Origin: Octopus vulgaris
Taxonomy: Eukaryota
Direction: 5' to 3'
Length of the DNA: 64,000 nt
NCBI GenBank assembly: GCA_951406725.2
Contig: OX597815.1
Location: forward strand, 149,854,001 to 149,918,000
Shown: in pieces, positions 1 to 14,100 of the stretch
Numbering within the stretch: the first letter of the stretch is position 1
Layout of the letters: every line of letters starts with the position of its first letter
The notes under the pieces: generated by a model
The model's input: only the letters and a program-made list of their open reading frames with translations
The model's database searches: none
What the model was told of the DNA's origin: nothing
Made by a program: the position numbers and the translations under genes

Positions 1-629
1 TATATATAAGTTCAGATACATATATTTATAGGTAACTAATTAGTGCAGAATCATTCTGCATATTTGTTCCTCCTCCTCTTATTCCTACTCTTCCTACTCC
101 TCCTACTCATCCTAATCATGCGCATAATCACCATTATCAACGAGCATGAGATCATGGTGAACTATAAAAATATAGACGAATATTACTGGACCACAATAAT
201 CGTCTTACTGTCAATTTCCTCACGTAACGTTTGAACTTAAGATCAGCTAAAGTCGTATACCACATAATAATATGAGCTAATCTGCGCTCCCACCCCGCGA
301 CACTAACCCGCCATCATAGTAAAACCTCTGAGTAAAAGATAGATCTCATGCATTATGTTTGACAATAGAAAAGAGAATTAATAATCGATTCCCATAACCT
401 AATCCTCCTCATGAAATACAATCAATACATTTCGCAACACTAATAACTAAATTGATAAGCGGTGATATTCCGCTGAGATTTATGAATGAGATAAACTCCT
501 TTATTTAAGTATAAAGTAAAGTATAAAGGTTATGGCAATTTTCAAGAGCTTATCGCAAGCAATTACGTTTATTATAATACGTCAAATCCTACACATATCT
601 ATCTTTCAATGTATGCATATAAGCGTGCA

Positions 630-693
<64 letters not shown>

Positions 694-711
694 AGATAGA
701 TAGATTCGTGA

Positions 712-795
712 ATAAATGTCCCGTAGGATGTGTCTTATGCCATGATCTACCTCATCAAAAGCTTTCGAGAAGTCACGACATATCACGACATCTGA
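712..795 (-). mobile_element. Tiny RT fragment of a CR1-like LINE embedded in microsatellite
   Basis: Translates [25 protein letters not shown]. Confidence 0.65.
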
Positions 796-867
796 AACAT
801 ACATGCATGGATGCATGCATGCATACATATATACATACATACATGCATACATACATACATACATACA

Positions 868-972
<105 letters not shown>

Positions 973-1606
973 CAATTAATAATATCAGGGTAATAAAAAT
1001 TTTAGAAATTTTTACCACCACTGGCCTAGCGTGTACAAAAATTAGTCAATAGACTAAATATAATATTCATATGAATGCAGTGTACAGTTAAACACATAAG
1101 AGGTATCCGTCATAGGGTTTCTGCCTAATTTGGCGAAAAATCCACATACAAATTGTTTTATATGTTTATGCATGTATCCATGTATGACGGATAAATGGAA
1201 TTATGTGTACAAACATATTTACGCAGGCATTACGTTCGGTGTATGTAGGAAGAACTGAGTGCAAAATGTTAATTAGCTAAGATCTTTTAATTCATTACCA
1301 GCAGAGGATGTATAAATCCTAAACATGTGTTTCACGTTATGTATTTTTCAAAGAAATGGACAACCTAAAACATTTTTGTTATTTTCGATCAGCAACAACA
1401 AGAATAATTATAATAATAAATAGCATTAACCACATATATATACCTAACGTACATACTTCGTATATTAAGCAATGGGCTTCTACTGGCGCGGTGGAGATAT
1501 TCACTTTCAAACAGGCGAGATAATCTACCTTCAATCCCATATAGGAGTAAGGGACGTCGATGCGCCACCATATTTATGGCTTGTCGACATCACGTACCCA
1601 AAAGAA

Positions 1607-1878
1607 TTGGAGGCGAACGCCCTCACTAGTCCACGACTCATATGATCCTGGAATGCAAAATCATGTACGGGTATGCTCGACAAATGCATACGTAAGAATA
1701 AATTTAAATATAAAATAGAAGCAGTTTTAGTGTAATAAATAATCAACTACATATACTTGGCATATATGCTTCGTGTATGTGCCAATGGGCTGCTATGTAT
1801 TTGTCGAACATACACGTACATGATTTTGCATACCATGAGATTACGAGTGGGAACCGGGGAGGTCATTCGCCACCGATC
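1607..1878. repeat. Imperfect inverted repeat, ~85-bp arms
   Basis: ATGCAAAATCATGTACG / CGTACATGATTTTGCAT, with flanking similarity. Confidence 0.8.
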
Positions 1879-2142
1879 CTCCAAAGAGCAACACGGTAAA
1901 GGAAAAGAATAGAATATTTATAAATATATTATTTATACGTATACAAAATACATACATATATATATATATATATATTTCTTTACTACTCACAGGGGGCTAA
2001 CATAGAGAGGCAACCAAGGACAGACAAAGGGATTAAGTCGATTACATAAACCTCAGAATGTAACGGCAGACGAAATACGACTAAGGATTTCGCCCGGTGT
2101 GCTAAAGTTTCAGCCAGCTCACCGCCTTAAAAGGTCTACCAT

Positions 2143-2182
<40 letters not shown>

Positions 2183-2220
2183 ATATATATATATATATAG
2201 ATAGATAGATAGATAGATAG

Positions 2221-2518
2221 TGACCGACCAGGCTATCAGATGTTGCTAGACATCGCTGGTCACAATGCGCTTCGCATTGTTTTAGCCTTCAAATGACGCC
2301 ACCTCACTGGCTAAGCGAGCAGGCCTACAGGAGAAAGAGTGAGAGAAAGTTGTGGCGAAAGAGTTCAGCAGGATTCGCCACCCCACCCCCTGCTGGAGCC
2401 TCGTAGAGCTTTAGGTGTTTTCGCTCAATAAACACTCACACCGCCCGGTCTGAGAATCGAAACCGCGATCCTCCGACCGCGAGTCCGCTGCCCTAACCAC
2501 TGGGCCATTGCGCTTCCA
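2221..2518 (-). mobile_element. tRNA-derived SINE family 3 (tail variant a)
   Basis: Head GCGCAATGGCCCAGTGGTTAGGGCAGCGGACTCGCGGTCGGAGGATCGCGGTTTCGATTCTC has A and B boxes; body shared with 20040-20420. Confidence 0.8.
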
Positions 2519-2778
2519 CAGATATAGATATATACATACGTATAATATATATTTATATATATATATTATATGTACATGCTTATACAGATACATGCGCACA
2601 TATTTCTTTTCATTCGTAAATACATATATACACATACATACATATATATATATATATAAATATATATATATATAAATTTAAAATAATAAGGGTAAAAAAT
2701 TGAATATTAATTTGATTAATATCAATTTAAAACCAGTGGTCTAGTATATTAAAAATCTGAAAGTTCAGAAAATTATAT

Positions 2779-3248
2779 TACGTATATATATAAGAGAGAT
2801 GACCACTATGTAGGCAACACTAATGCTAGAAGTAGATCCGTTATGGCCCTACCACTATGAAAGGAATGTTCTCAAGAAAATTTAGCAATAACCAGAACGT
2901 AAGCGAGCACGACAAATGAAAAGATAACCAAAAGTGTAATTGATAGAACTGTATGCATGTTCGAACTCATGTGGACGTCTAGTGTATTGTTCTGCAAATT
3001 ATATTTGCAATGACGATCATACCGTAGAGCTACAGACAATTACGTAAGTAAAATTGCGTAACTGCTGATAGCGAAACATGTCTATGATTAATCTATATTT
3101 TTGTTTCTTTTCTGTTGTCTTGCTCGCTTACGTTTTGGCGTTTGCTAAATTTTCTTGAGAACATTCTTTCATAGTTGTAAGACCATAACGGATCTACTTC
3201 TAGCATTAGGGTTGTCCACGTAGTGGTCATTTCGCTTATATGTACGTA
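2779..3248. repeat. Imperfect inverted repeat, ~155-bp arms
   Basis: CTAATGCTAGAAGTAGATCCGTTATGG / CCATAACGGATCTACTTCTAGCATTAG; AATGTTCTCAAGAAAATTTAGCAA / TTGCTAAATTTTCTTGAGAACATT. Confidence 0.92.
3016..3088 (+). ncRNA. Degenerate type-I hammerhead motif in the spacer of an inverted repeat
   Basis: ATCATA-CCGTAGA-GCTA...TAGC-GAAAC-AT-GTC-TATGAT. Confidence 0.5.
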
Positions 3249-3413
3249 TTACATATATATATGTATGTATATGTATATGTATAACGTGGGCCATTTTAAT
3301 TCTACATGTAATGCTCATGCTATGAGACTGGAAATAAAATTTAAAAGGAAAAGAGGTCTGAACCTGTTCTGTTTTGAATCACAAGTGTGTGGAAGAGAAA
3401 AATCAGAATAATA

Positions 3414-3481
<68 letters not shown>

Positions 3482-3667
3482 GGTATGTATGTATGCCATA
3501 AATCGTTTAGTCAGACATTTTCCCTATCATGTTTATGCAGTGAAGTAACATCTGAGAATTTTAATAGCTCCTGTTTCGCATCTGTAAAGCAAGCTCAACT
3601 TTATTACATATTGATGAAGTACTTAAACCTATATGATTAAGCAATCTTCAAATATGAGTGTATGTGA

Positions 3668-3743
<76 letters not shown>

Positions 3744-4315
3744 CTGTCTGTGAATGCGTGTGTATGGGTGGGCATGTCTACTTTATATATTGGATTAGTT
3801 TAACAGCGATACAGTTGGTGGAATTTTGTAGCAGCCATGCTCTGTGAGAAGCATTCTTACCACACTAGCATTACCATCAGAGAGAATACGCAATGATTTG
3901 CCTCTGAAGTAAATAAATTTCATAATTCATTTCATTTATTTGCATCGGAGGAGCCGGAGATCTGCGTTCAGAAAATGAGCACATGCATGTGGCGATAATT
4001 CCATGCATACAACTACAGAAACACGTAGGTACTAACTTGAACACACACGTACATACACATACCTACACACGTACATACACATACCTACACACGTACATAC
4101 ACATACCTACACACGCACATACGCATGCACGCACACACACATACACGTAGACGTATATAGACATCTGTTGTAATATAAATATACATACATACTAACGCTT
4201 ATATATACATACGTATATAAGTACAAATAAATACGCCTATATGTGTGTGTGCGTGCGCGGGTAACGAAAGAGAGAGCCAGAAATGCGTGGTCGTATGTTT
4301 GTGCGTGTGTGTATG

Positions 4316-4351
<36 letters not shown>

Positions 4352-4353
4352 CA

Positions 4354-4388
<35 letters not shown>

Positions 4389-5457
4389 TATATATATATA
4401 TATATATTATATATATATATATATATATTCATATACATATGTAAATATATACGTATGTATACATATTTATACGTGTGCATGTACATATTATGTATGTATG
4501 TATATGTATATCTGAGCATGTGTCTATCTGTGTATACATAGACACAGAGTATGAAACAGAAAGGGAATGGAAAATATAATTGTATTATACGCTTAAGTAG
4601 ACCTGGAGTGGAGATTTTCACGTGTTTATGCAAATTTTCTCTGAATACGCATTTGTAATATGAGACCAGATCTTTGAACTACAAACCGAAATAAAACTTA
4701 TGCACAATTCTAAACAGCTAAAATCTACTTGCGAACATGTTATCAATGCTGGTCACTACGAAAGCAGCATTTAAAGTATTTATTTATACGACACCAAATG
4801 ATTTTTCAAAATGGATCAACTTCTATACATTTTTGTGTATGTGCACGAGTATGTGTGCCTCTGTGTAATATTATGCCTGGCTCTTCTCTCGTGTTACGGA
4901 ATTTGTTCGCGCTAGATCTGTTCGATAATTTTGTTGCAATACTTTTTGCCGTGTTGTGTAAATTTTCTCCGTAATTGTATGACTACTTTTAATATTTATA
5001 TACTTTTAATCTTTTTTTTTCCTAATATCCATTTTCGCTCATGGTCACTATTGGAATTCGTTGCATACAAGATTTAATAGGATATAGTCTAGCAGCGTTA
5101 AGTTATATCAGTTTATAGATGGTTGATCGTAGAACTATAATATACTGCATACAGACACTTTTGCTCAGCTACAAAAAAAAAAAAGAACAAATGCATGTAA
5201 ATGTTACACTATTTTTGGAAGTGAATTACACTATATCGAGCTTTCAAGTGCCAATGGGTTGCTGAATTTATTACGGACAAAACATATGTGCACAAAGTTA
5301 ATCTAAATAATTTTAAAAGGTAGTTCTAATTTAATGTTTCTAGATGGTTGTGTGGTTAAAAAGATTAATTTCAACCATATAGTTTTAGGTTCAGCCTCAT
5401 GAGAAAATATCATCCATCATAAACGCGGGAGCGAATTTGATAGACAAAGATGCTAAC

Positions 5458-5495
<38 letters not shown>

Positions 5496-5707
5496 GTCAG
5501 TCAACCACCGACGTTTAATAGCCGCTATTAGTTTGTTTACCTCATAGAAACTTTGCGATTCAACGAAAAATATGAATAGGATATGTACCAAATGTTTGAA
5601 AAGGAGTAAGGAGATTTGTTCGACTAAAACACCAGCATGGCTGCTGTCCAATGTCTGAGATAAGTGAAATGGAAAATATTTAAAAGAAAAAGTATTCATT
5701 TAACATA

Positions 5708-5793
<86 letters not shown>

Positions 5794-6390
5794 ATGTGTG
5801 TATGCGTGTGCGTATATGGCCTATTATCTCAAAGATTTCGACCGCTAAGCGACCGCAAGTCCAGTCAACTGAACAGCACTCACGTCGAATTAGCGAGCAA
5901 GTGGCACAGAGTGCCATACATACGTGTGACATTTGTTTACTGCTTATTCCGAATCAGCGTAAGGAAGCGCATTACAATAGCTTTGCAGCCGACAGCTTTT
6001 AACAAATTTTCGTCTACTTACAGAGAATATGTTCGTATGCGGGTATGATGAAGATATTTGATCATCATTCAACGCAATATATCTATGCAACCCTCATAAT
6101 TTAAATTTTATGAGCTAAAAACAGCGTAAACCGTTTAACAGAATATGTTTTTCATTTTCAAGTAAAACTATTTTTTTGTGGTAACATGCACTGATGTTCA
6201 TTCTCTAAAATATTTCCATTTGAAGATTTTTCTGGGTTTTTTCTTTTGTATTTTCTTTTTTTGTTTTGTTTTTTAAAAAATCACTTTGTGAAAACATGCA
6301 CAACAAAATATTTTTCGATACAAAAGTATTGTATGTGAAAACATACATTTGTAGCAATAACATCATGTATTTATATATATATACATTCGA

Positions 6391-6421
<31 letters not shown>

Positions 6422-6423
6422 TG

Positions 6424-6470
<47 letters not shown>

Positions 6471-6622
6471 CAAAGTTGAGTTGTGGGGTATCGCACGAGT
6501 GGAATTATATACGAAAGAAGGTTTGAAAATGCAATTTAAAAGATGTTTATTTACTTAACCGGTTTCACTCTTTGGAAAAAGTTGTCAAAAGTAACATAGA
6601 ATATTATGAATTCAAAAAATTG

Positions 6623-6663
<41 letters not shown>

Positions 6664-9109
6664 TTTAATGGGTTTTTTATGAATTTGTTCAGTCGCATGA
6701 CTGAAACAAATAAAAGAATAACAGAAAAAAATGGAATATAATCTCACACTCACCTTAATCACAAATTAACCGACGGAGTGCCACGAATGGATACAGTGGT
6801 CACTTTAGTTCACAACTTTTCATCAAGATCTTCTCTGTAATACATGTATTTACTGCTGGTATGCAGTTTCTTCATTCGCTCAAACACTTACACAATTTTT
6901 TGTCAAAATAACGCCAGATAAGCAGCATATTGTATTTACACAATTGCAATAGTTGTAGAATTCATTGATGATATGTGTATGTTGGTATATATCTGAGAAA
7001 TATTGCGTATTCATATCATGTGTGTGTAAGCGTGTCTGTGTATGTGTGTATGTGTAAGTGAGTGTGAGTGTGCATTTAAAATTGTGTGCAGGTATTTATA
7101 TGAATAAGCATGTATGTATGTATATATATAAATATAGACATATATATATATATATATACATACATGCATATATATGTGTGTGTGTACCTGTAATTATAAA
7201 TATATATATATATATATATTATATGTATGTATATGTACATATCGTATACGTATTAGGGAATATTGTTCGTCTCGTCTACTAACTAGCTGTATTTGTAATA
7301 CTAACTTTCTATTGTATTATCTGAAATATAATATAATTATGTCTAGAAGACATCTGTGCGCCTCTGTCACTGCTTGGCTAGTTAGAAACATGTGATTAGG
7401 AATTGGAAAAGTTGATGTGTTGATTCTTCTCCTCGAGAATATATGATGATGCTTGCGACAGTTCCTGTAGTGAATACTTTACAATGAAAGAAGAGACGTT
7501 TCGCGCAAGAGGTTTCGTCAAAATCATTATCTCTTATGTTTTTTTTTTTTTTATGTTACAGCCATTTCAATGATGACCTCCTACTAATTTCAGCAATTAA
7601 CACTTATGTAAACATTAAATCTCATACAGTTAGCCACCAAATCCCTTTACTTAACAATCTTTTTAATTCATCAGTTCAAGAACAATCAATACCCACACCT
7701 TACTGTCTTTGAACATTGACAATACGTTTCTAGTGCAATTTCTCCCTTTGTGACGCTCTCGAATTTTACGGTCTTCCATCTAATCTCTTGTGAAAATGCA
7801 GAATAGGTGCATCAGCTTCAAATTTATCTCTAGTTCTAGTGAGGGTAAGTTACGCTTGAAGTGACGAAGTTATCCTTAAACCGGACGCTTGTTCCGAATA
7901 CTAGCAACATTCTGGGCTCTAGTACAAGTATCTAATGGTCTGATAATGATATAATACTGGTATGCGGTTTGCGTAGACTTTGCAAGGTGTTACATAACAT
8001 TTATTAGCATCATAGTATACATATATACATATATGTCTCTGTGTGAATGCGCGTGTTTGTGCGATTAATTTGCTTTGTTTTGTGTTTTTTATTTCTTAAT
8101 TCATAGAATGTTTGAAAGTGTTCATATATATGAGTTATTTCTTCTTTCAGAAACACGATAATGTTGAACGTTACTTGTATATTGTAAGAGATATTTTATT
8201 TGTATAAATGTTAAATATTTTGTTGGTTTTAGAAGCCTTCTGTTAAGTTTGTGAAGGAAGGAAACTCAACATATTTTCATGATGTCAAATGGAACAGAAA
8301 AGAGAATAGTTGCAAAATATGCAATGGCGATAGAATTGTTAATATATACATACATGTACATATATGTACATAAATGTATATGTATGTATGCATGTATGTA
8401 TTTATGTATAAATTTCCTTTTTACTCTCGAGTGAAGCCATTGAAAAAGCATCTCGTCTGGCTTTCTACAGTGTGAACATGACATTACATCATAATGTAAT
8501 GAAACTATACATAAGAGCATACTTGTGTATACACACAGAATGACGTATTTATGCCTGTATGCTGTTTAATTTTGATATACGCAAGCACACGCAGATAAGG
8601 TTTCCATTATAATATCTATATAGAACTTGCTTCTTAGATTAGTAATCGTTTCTCTTCAACAATCATGTTCACCATTACTTACAGATTGACACTGAAATTG
8701 CAAGCATCACCTGAAACGTTATACACACTGATAGGAGGGACGTCGTCTGGAACAATCTCTTTTGGAATAACTTATCAAGTATAAAAGATCATAAATCTTC
8801 AGTAACTTCCTCGGCATAAGATATTGATGTATTCCAACTACATAATGTATTCAATATATCCAAAGCACTATTTATTTCTGAAAATACAATTTATCATTTA
8901 TATTTTAACCTTATAAGATCTCAATGGTAAATATACTTCATTTTCGATCCAACTCGGAGAGCTGTAGGGACATCAGGCAACTGCTCTTAATAGCAGCCAA
9001 ATCTCTCAAGTAAGATCATTGGAAAGAGAAAGCCACATCGGATAATATGTTGTTACACGTCAAGCTCAGTAACTACTGCTTAAACAATATTGCTTCTAAC
9101 ATTGTACGT

Positions 9110-9585
9110 TAAAACAGACGCAAACACACAGCTACACAGACTTCAATACACACCTCAGTATATAATCTCCGAAATGCTGCGAACTGCCCACAGGTAGGAT
9201 CCAGCCGCTGAAGGACTGGGTTATATAGAGTCTCAATCCTTCCGTTTACATTAAAAGACACTTCAAGGGTACGATAGCCAATGACTTCAAGGGAAGATAT
9301 ACACAACATGTACACCCCCCACCCCCATTGTATCTGGAAACCTCGTGACCATTCGAACGACTCCAAAACATCAGATGGAGTATCAATGACAGGGCCCACC
9401 CGTACTGATCTAAAACTCGCATTTATCAACTCTGTATCTGCGAGATGCTACACACACTCCACTAAACCTATAGCATCCATCAACCAGAAGAATGAACTAT
9501 GATAGTAATGCCACTAGAGGTACACTCTCTTAAAGAAGTTCAAGCCTTTGGCAACCGACAACACATTTATACTGGCCGCTTCATA
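9110..9585 (+). mobile_element. Possible ancient CR1-like LINE 3' fragment
   Basis: Weak residual motifs LKDWVI*SL (cf. LK.L.LYSL) and LYLRDATHTP (cf. FL..VPD.P). Confidence 0.35.
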
Positions 9586-9944
9586 ATCAAGGGAACTGCC
9601 TGGTTCGCCGTGGGTTACGGTGGCAAGTGATCCAGTTGATATGATCAACGGCAAAGCTCGTTAAATTAACGTGCAAGTGGCTGAGTACTTCATAAACGCA
9701 CGCTCCCTTATCGTAGCTCTTAGGAATCTTCAGCATGGCGCGGAAAGTGACAAAGTGAGCCGTTTGAATTAGAGAGAGATAATGCACCGCCAGAAATCGA
9801 ACCCACGTTCGTATGAAGCCTCGTCTTGCACAGACGATTTTCGCTCCTCCAGTATATCTTCAATCCATCTGCATTCTGCTGGGACCAGGAGGCGGTCTGG
9901 CTTACAAGAAATTGTACGTTTCACTCTTTAATGAAAAATTAATC

Positions 9945-10069
<125 letters not shown>

Positions 10070-10319
10070 TTCTAGATATCAAGTTGTAAGAGACAGTAGC
10101 AACGAATGTTTGGTCGGCAAAATTAGCTTTAGATTTTGCTTCCCCAAAATTAATAGATTAACTTCATTTGTGTCTATGAAGACAGCAGCATTGTTTCTGT
10201 TGAATCCACCATTTCTCTGGCATCATTGTCGGAAGATACTTTTTGATCTGATGGATGAAAGAGTGATATTTTATTTATAGGAAAATGAGTGTGTGTGCGT
10301 GCGTGCGAGCGTACGTGTG

Positions 10320-10535
10320 TGTGTATGTGTATCATTATGTTTGTCTTTGTCCGCCGTCACCGCTTGACAACCGGCTTGGTGTGTTTGCGTCCCATTAACT
10401 TCGCGGTTTGGCAAAAAGAAGCCGGTAGAATAAGTATTAGGTTTTAAAAAATAAATTCTCGAGTTTAATCGTTCGACTTCAAGTAAGTGCCCCAGCATGG
10501 CCACAATCATATATCTGAAACAAGGAAAAGAAACG
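10320..10535 (+). mobile_element. SINE family 1, 3' half. Other partial copies at ~5345-5670, 17765-17940, 18665-18790, 20515-20650, 31945-32115, 39335-39495, 44250-44432, 61858-61915.
   Basis: GCTTGACAACCG...GAATAAGTA...CCAGCATGGCCACA...CTGAAACAAG. Confidence 0.75.
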
Positions 10536-10559
10536 GTATAGGTAATAGATATTCATATA

Positions 10560-10982
10560 AATCATCTTGATGGGGGCGGGACTGCGACTTCGACTCACTA
10601 ATTTTTTGTGTGTATATAGTTTTCTTGATCGACCAGTTTGATTTTTCCTTTCTCTGAAGTTATGATTTTGCAGGTAGTCCTGTTGATGGGTAGGCGTAGT
10701 GAATAAATTTAATTAGTTTTGGTGGAAAATCTTTGTTCGTAAATTGTTCAGAGCAGATACTTAAGATAGAGAGAGAAGGTGGGAGTTTAAAAAAGGAAAA
10801 AAATATGTAAAGGTGTTCAACGACAATTTTCATTCTAAAGAGTTTGTTCCAAACTTTCCCTCGAAAACCACATTAAAAAGTATATTGGGACGAATTGACT
10901 CGCGAAGAATTGACCTGCGATTCAATTGATCAACGTCGAATTGAACGGGGTCAAATTAACCGCTGATAAGATAACCGGGAAC

Positions 10983-10983
<1 letters not shown>
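10560..10983 (-). mobile_element. Probable MULE-like DNA transposon end with ~15-bp subterminal repeats and a FLYWCH-like start
   Basis: About six 15-16 bp units (GACGAATTGACTCGC / GAAGAATTGACCTGC / GTCGAATTGAACGGG...) at 10889-10983. Minus strand near 10605-10672 reads CKIITSEKGKIKLVDQENYIHTK. Confidence 0.5.
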
Positions 10984-11031
<48 letters not shown>

Positions 11032-11051
11032 TGTGTATATATATATATGTT

Positions 11052-11110
<59 letters not shown>

Positions 11111-11112
<2 letters not shown>

Positions 11113-14100
11113 TTTTTTTTCTAGTTTCAGCTCAGAGCTGCGGCCATGCTGATGCACCGCCGTTTTGTGCTACACTGTTATTACGATGAACCTCGTCTAA
11201 TACGTCGCACTTGGTGAAGAATGGAGTTTGATACAGCTACTCTCATTTGCACCTCTTGCCGTGAGGTAGGTTCATCTGGGACTCTTGACAGGAAGATGTC
11301 CAGCTTTGATTTATAAACCGCTACATCTACTTTGTGCAAGTTCCTCAGACTCTTTGGGAGAATATTAAAAAGCTGTGGGCCCTTGAAACCCACGCTGTTG
11401 CAGAAGCTGGTCCTGAAGTGTGATGGCATTGCTGGGATCTTTGGCACTATGCAGTGTCGTCCCGTTCTAGCATTGGTGTAGCTTACGATGCCAAAATTTG
11501 GCACAATTCCTTCCAGGATCTTCCAGACATATATTACTGCATACTTCTCCCGTCTTCTCTCCAGGGAGTAGAGTCTTAGCTGTTTCAACCTTTCCCAGTA
11601 GCTGAGCTATTGCAAAGAGACGACCTTCTTTGTAAATCTTCTCTGGATTGCATCAAGGTCCGCTGTTAATTTTACACTGGTGGGTGACCATAGCTGCGAG
11701 CAGTAATCCAGGCGACTGAGGACAAATGTCCGCCAGCGGCCCATCATGGTTTCCTTATCTCTGGTTCTGAATGTTCTTAGGATCCACCCAGCCAGTCGTC
11801 TGCACTTTGTCGCCATCCTGGTAATGTGCACTTTGAAAGAGGTATCATCACTCATGTCGATACCCAGGTCCCTCACAGACTTAGGCTCTGGGATTGAAAT
11901 TCCCTGTGGACCGGTGAATCCTGTAAGTTTAATAATCAGTTTTGGATGCTGGTAGCGCAGGGCCTGGAATTTTTCAGCATTAAACTGCATATTATTATCC
12001 TCAGCCCATCTGTAGATTGAGTCCAACTCCTGCTGCAGGTGTGCAACATCGCTGGGGTTCTGTATTTTCTGCGAGACTTTCGTACCGTCTGCATAGCTGG
12101 CCACAGTGGCTATCCGGGCATTTGAGGGCATATCTGAGAGAACAACTATAAAAAGCAGTGGTCTGAAGACAGTGCCCTGTGGAACACTGCTCACTATTTG
12201 TGTGTTCATAGAGGTGGCTCCATTAACCACTACTGCTGCAACCAAACTCCAAGTTTTCCAGCTATGCCGAAGTCACGTAGTTTGTGGCATCTCATACGAT
12301 GATCCACCTTGTCAAAAGCTTTTGCAAAATTAAGTTAGATTACGTCCACATTTGATTTGTTGAGTAACTGCCTCAACAGCCAGTCATAATGCTGTAAGAG
12401 CTGGGTCAGGCAGCTCCTACTTGGTCGAAAACCATGCTGAGTATTACTCAGCAAGTTATTTTCCTCAAGGAATGCGATTAGTTTCATGACTTTGCTGATG
12501 TATGAAGCCAGAGAGATAGTCCTATAGTTTTGGCATCTGCTCTACTTCCCCCTTTATTTATTGGGCATATTATTCCCTCCTTTAGCTTGCTTGGCAGTTT
12601 GCCATTCGCAAGAAAGCTCTGGAAGAGAATCTTGAGGGGTTTTGCCAGGGCATGCTTACACGCTTTGAGGAGGATGGCTGGGAAACCGTCTGGACCAGCA
12701 GCTGAGTTTGTGTGCACTTCATCTATGGCTAGTAGGACATCTTTTTCGCTAATGTCAATACATTCTATTGCAACCGCCTCGCTGGTTATAGGTGAGGCGG
12801 CAAAGAAGTCCACTGGTTCGTTCACTTATCTGTGTCCCAACGGGGTGGTAAAGACACTTTTAAACTGGTCATTCAGCATCTCACTGATCACAGTTGGACT
12901 GTCTGTGAGGGAGCCATCCTTTTGGAGGAGGGGTCCTATCTTGTAGTGCACTGAGACTGTTTCTTTCGCGTAATGAAAGAAGGCCTTTGGGTTTGATTTA
13001 ATGCTTTTTATAACCCAGGCTTCTTTGTCTGCTTTCTCCTTCACATAGGATTGTTGCAGCATTTTTTCGATCTCCATCAGTGTTGTTTTTAGGCGGGACG
13101 TTTCGCTACTTTTGGGATGTTGGTTGAGACGATTTGCAACCTTCGTCCGTCGTCTCTTGGAATCTTGCTCCTATTTGTTTTGGCCTTGAGACATATTTCT
13201 GGCATACGGCTTGCACAGAAGACATGAAACATTCTAGTTTTATGTCAATGTCTGGTGTGGAGAGACATTCCAGCCAGTCCTCTCTGAGGATCTCTTTTCA
13301 GATCGATTTCTAATCTGCTTTGTGGAAGTTCAGATTGGAGAGATTTCGGGTGCTTCATTTAGGATGTATGTCTCTGGTTACTTTCGGCCCAAACATAGAC
13401 AGCTCTATTATGTTGTGATCCGAAACTGATGTCGGTGTCACTTTCACATCATGAGTGATGTCAATATTGTTCGTGAAGCAGAGATCCAGAATGTTATTCG
13501 CTCTAGTTGGCTTGAGTACAACTTGCTCCATGAATAAGGCATTGGTGAGGTTGAGCAGGGACTCCACCTGTACTTGCTTGCAATGATTCATTCCTGAGAG
13601 TATGTGACCTTCGGGTCATTTGACGTTGGGGAAGTTGAAATCACCCATAAGAAATATGGTCACGTGGTGTTCCAGCTTCATGAGGATTTCTTTAATTCTT
13701 GTGAGGCAATCTTCAAACTTGCCTATGTGATTTGGGGCATCCGGTGGGCATTATGTATTGCATATGACTATATTATGTTGTCTTATGTATACAATTAAGG
13801 TGTCACATACCGAATTTGAGTATGTCATCAAGACCTGGGATGTGAGGTTATCTCGGATGTATACAGCAACTCCAATATGGTTCCTTTCTCTTTTGTCTGT
13901 TCGCAGTATGGCATAGTTTGGTATGTGTACTTCTGCGTCCTCTATATCAGGGTTGAGGTGAGTTTCCACAAGTGCTATGCATAGGGCTTGATTGCATGCA
14001 ATAAGATCTCTCAGGAAAGAAATTTTGTTTCTATTTTGATGCAACAGGCTCCCAATATTTAGTAAAAGTATTGGGGTGACGGCTGTGCAGGCGTTAGGGG

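Noticed and set aside
7490-7530. Additional GAAAC-containing motifs (7490-, 1320-, 17660-, 26280+, 28140+, 44490+)
   Set aside because: The core or stems are too degenerate to call as hammerheads.
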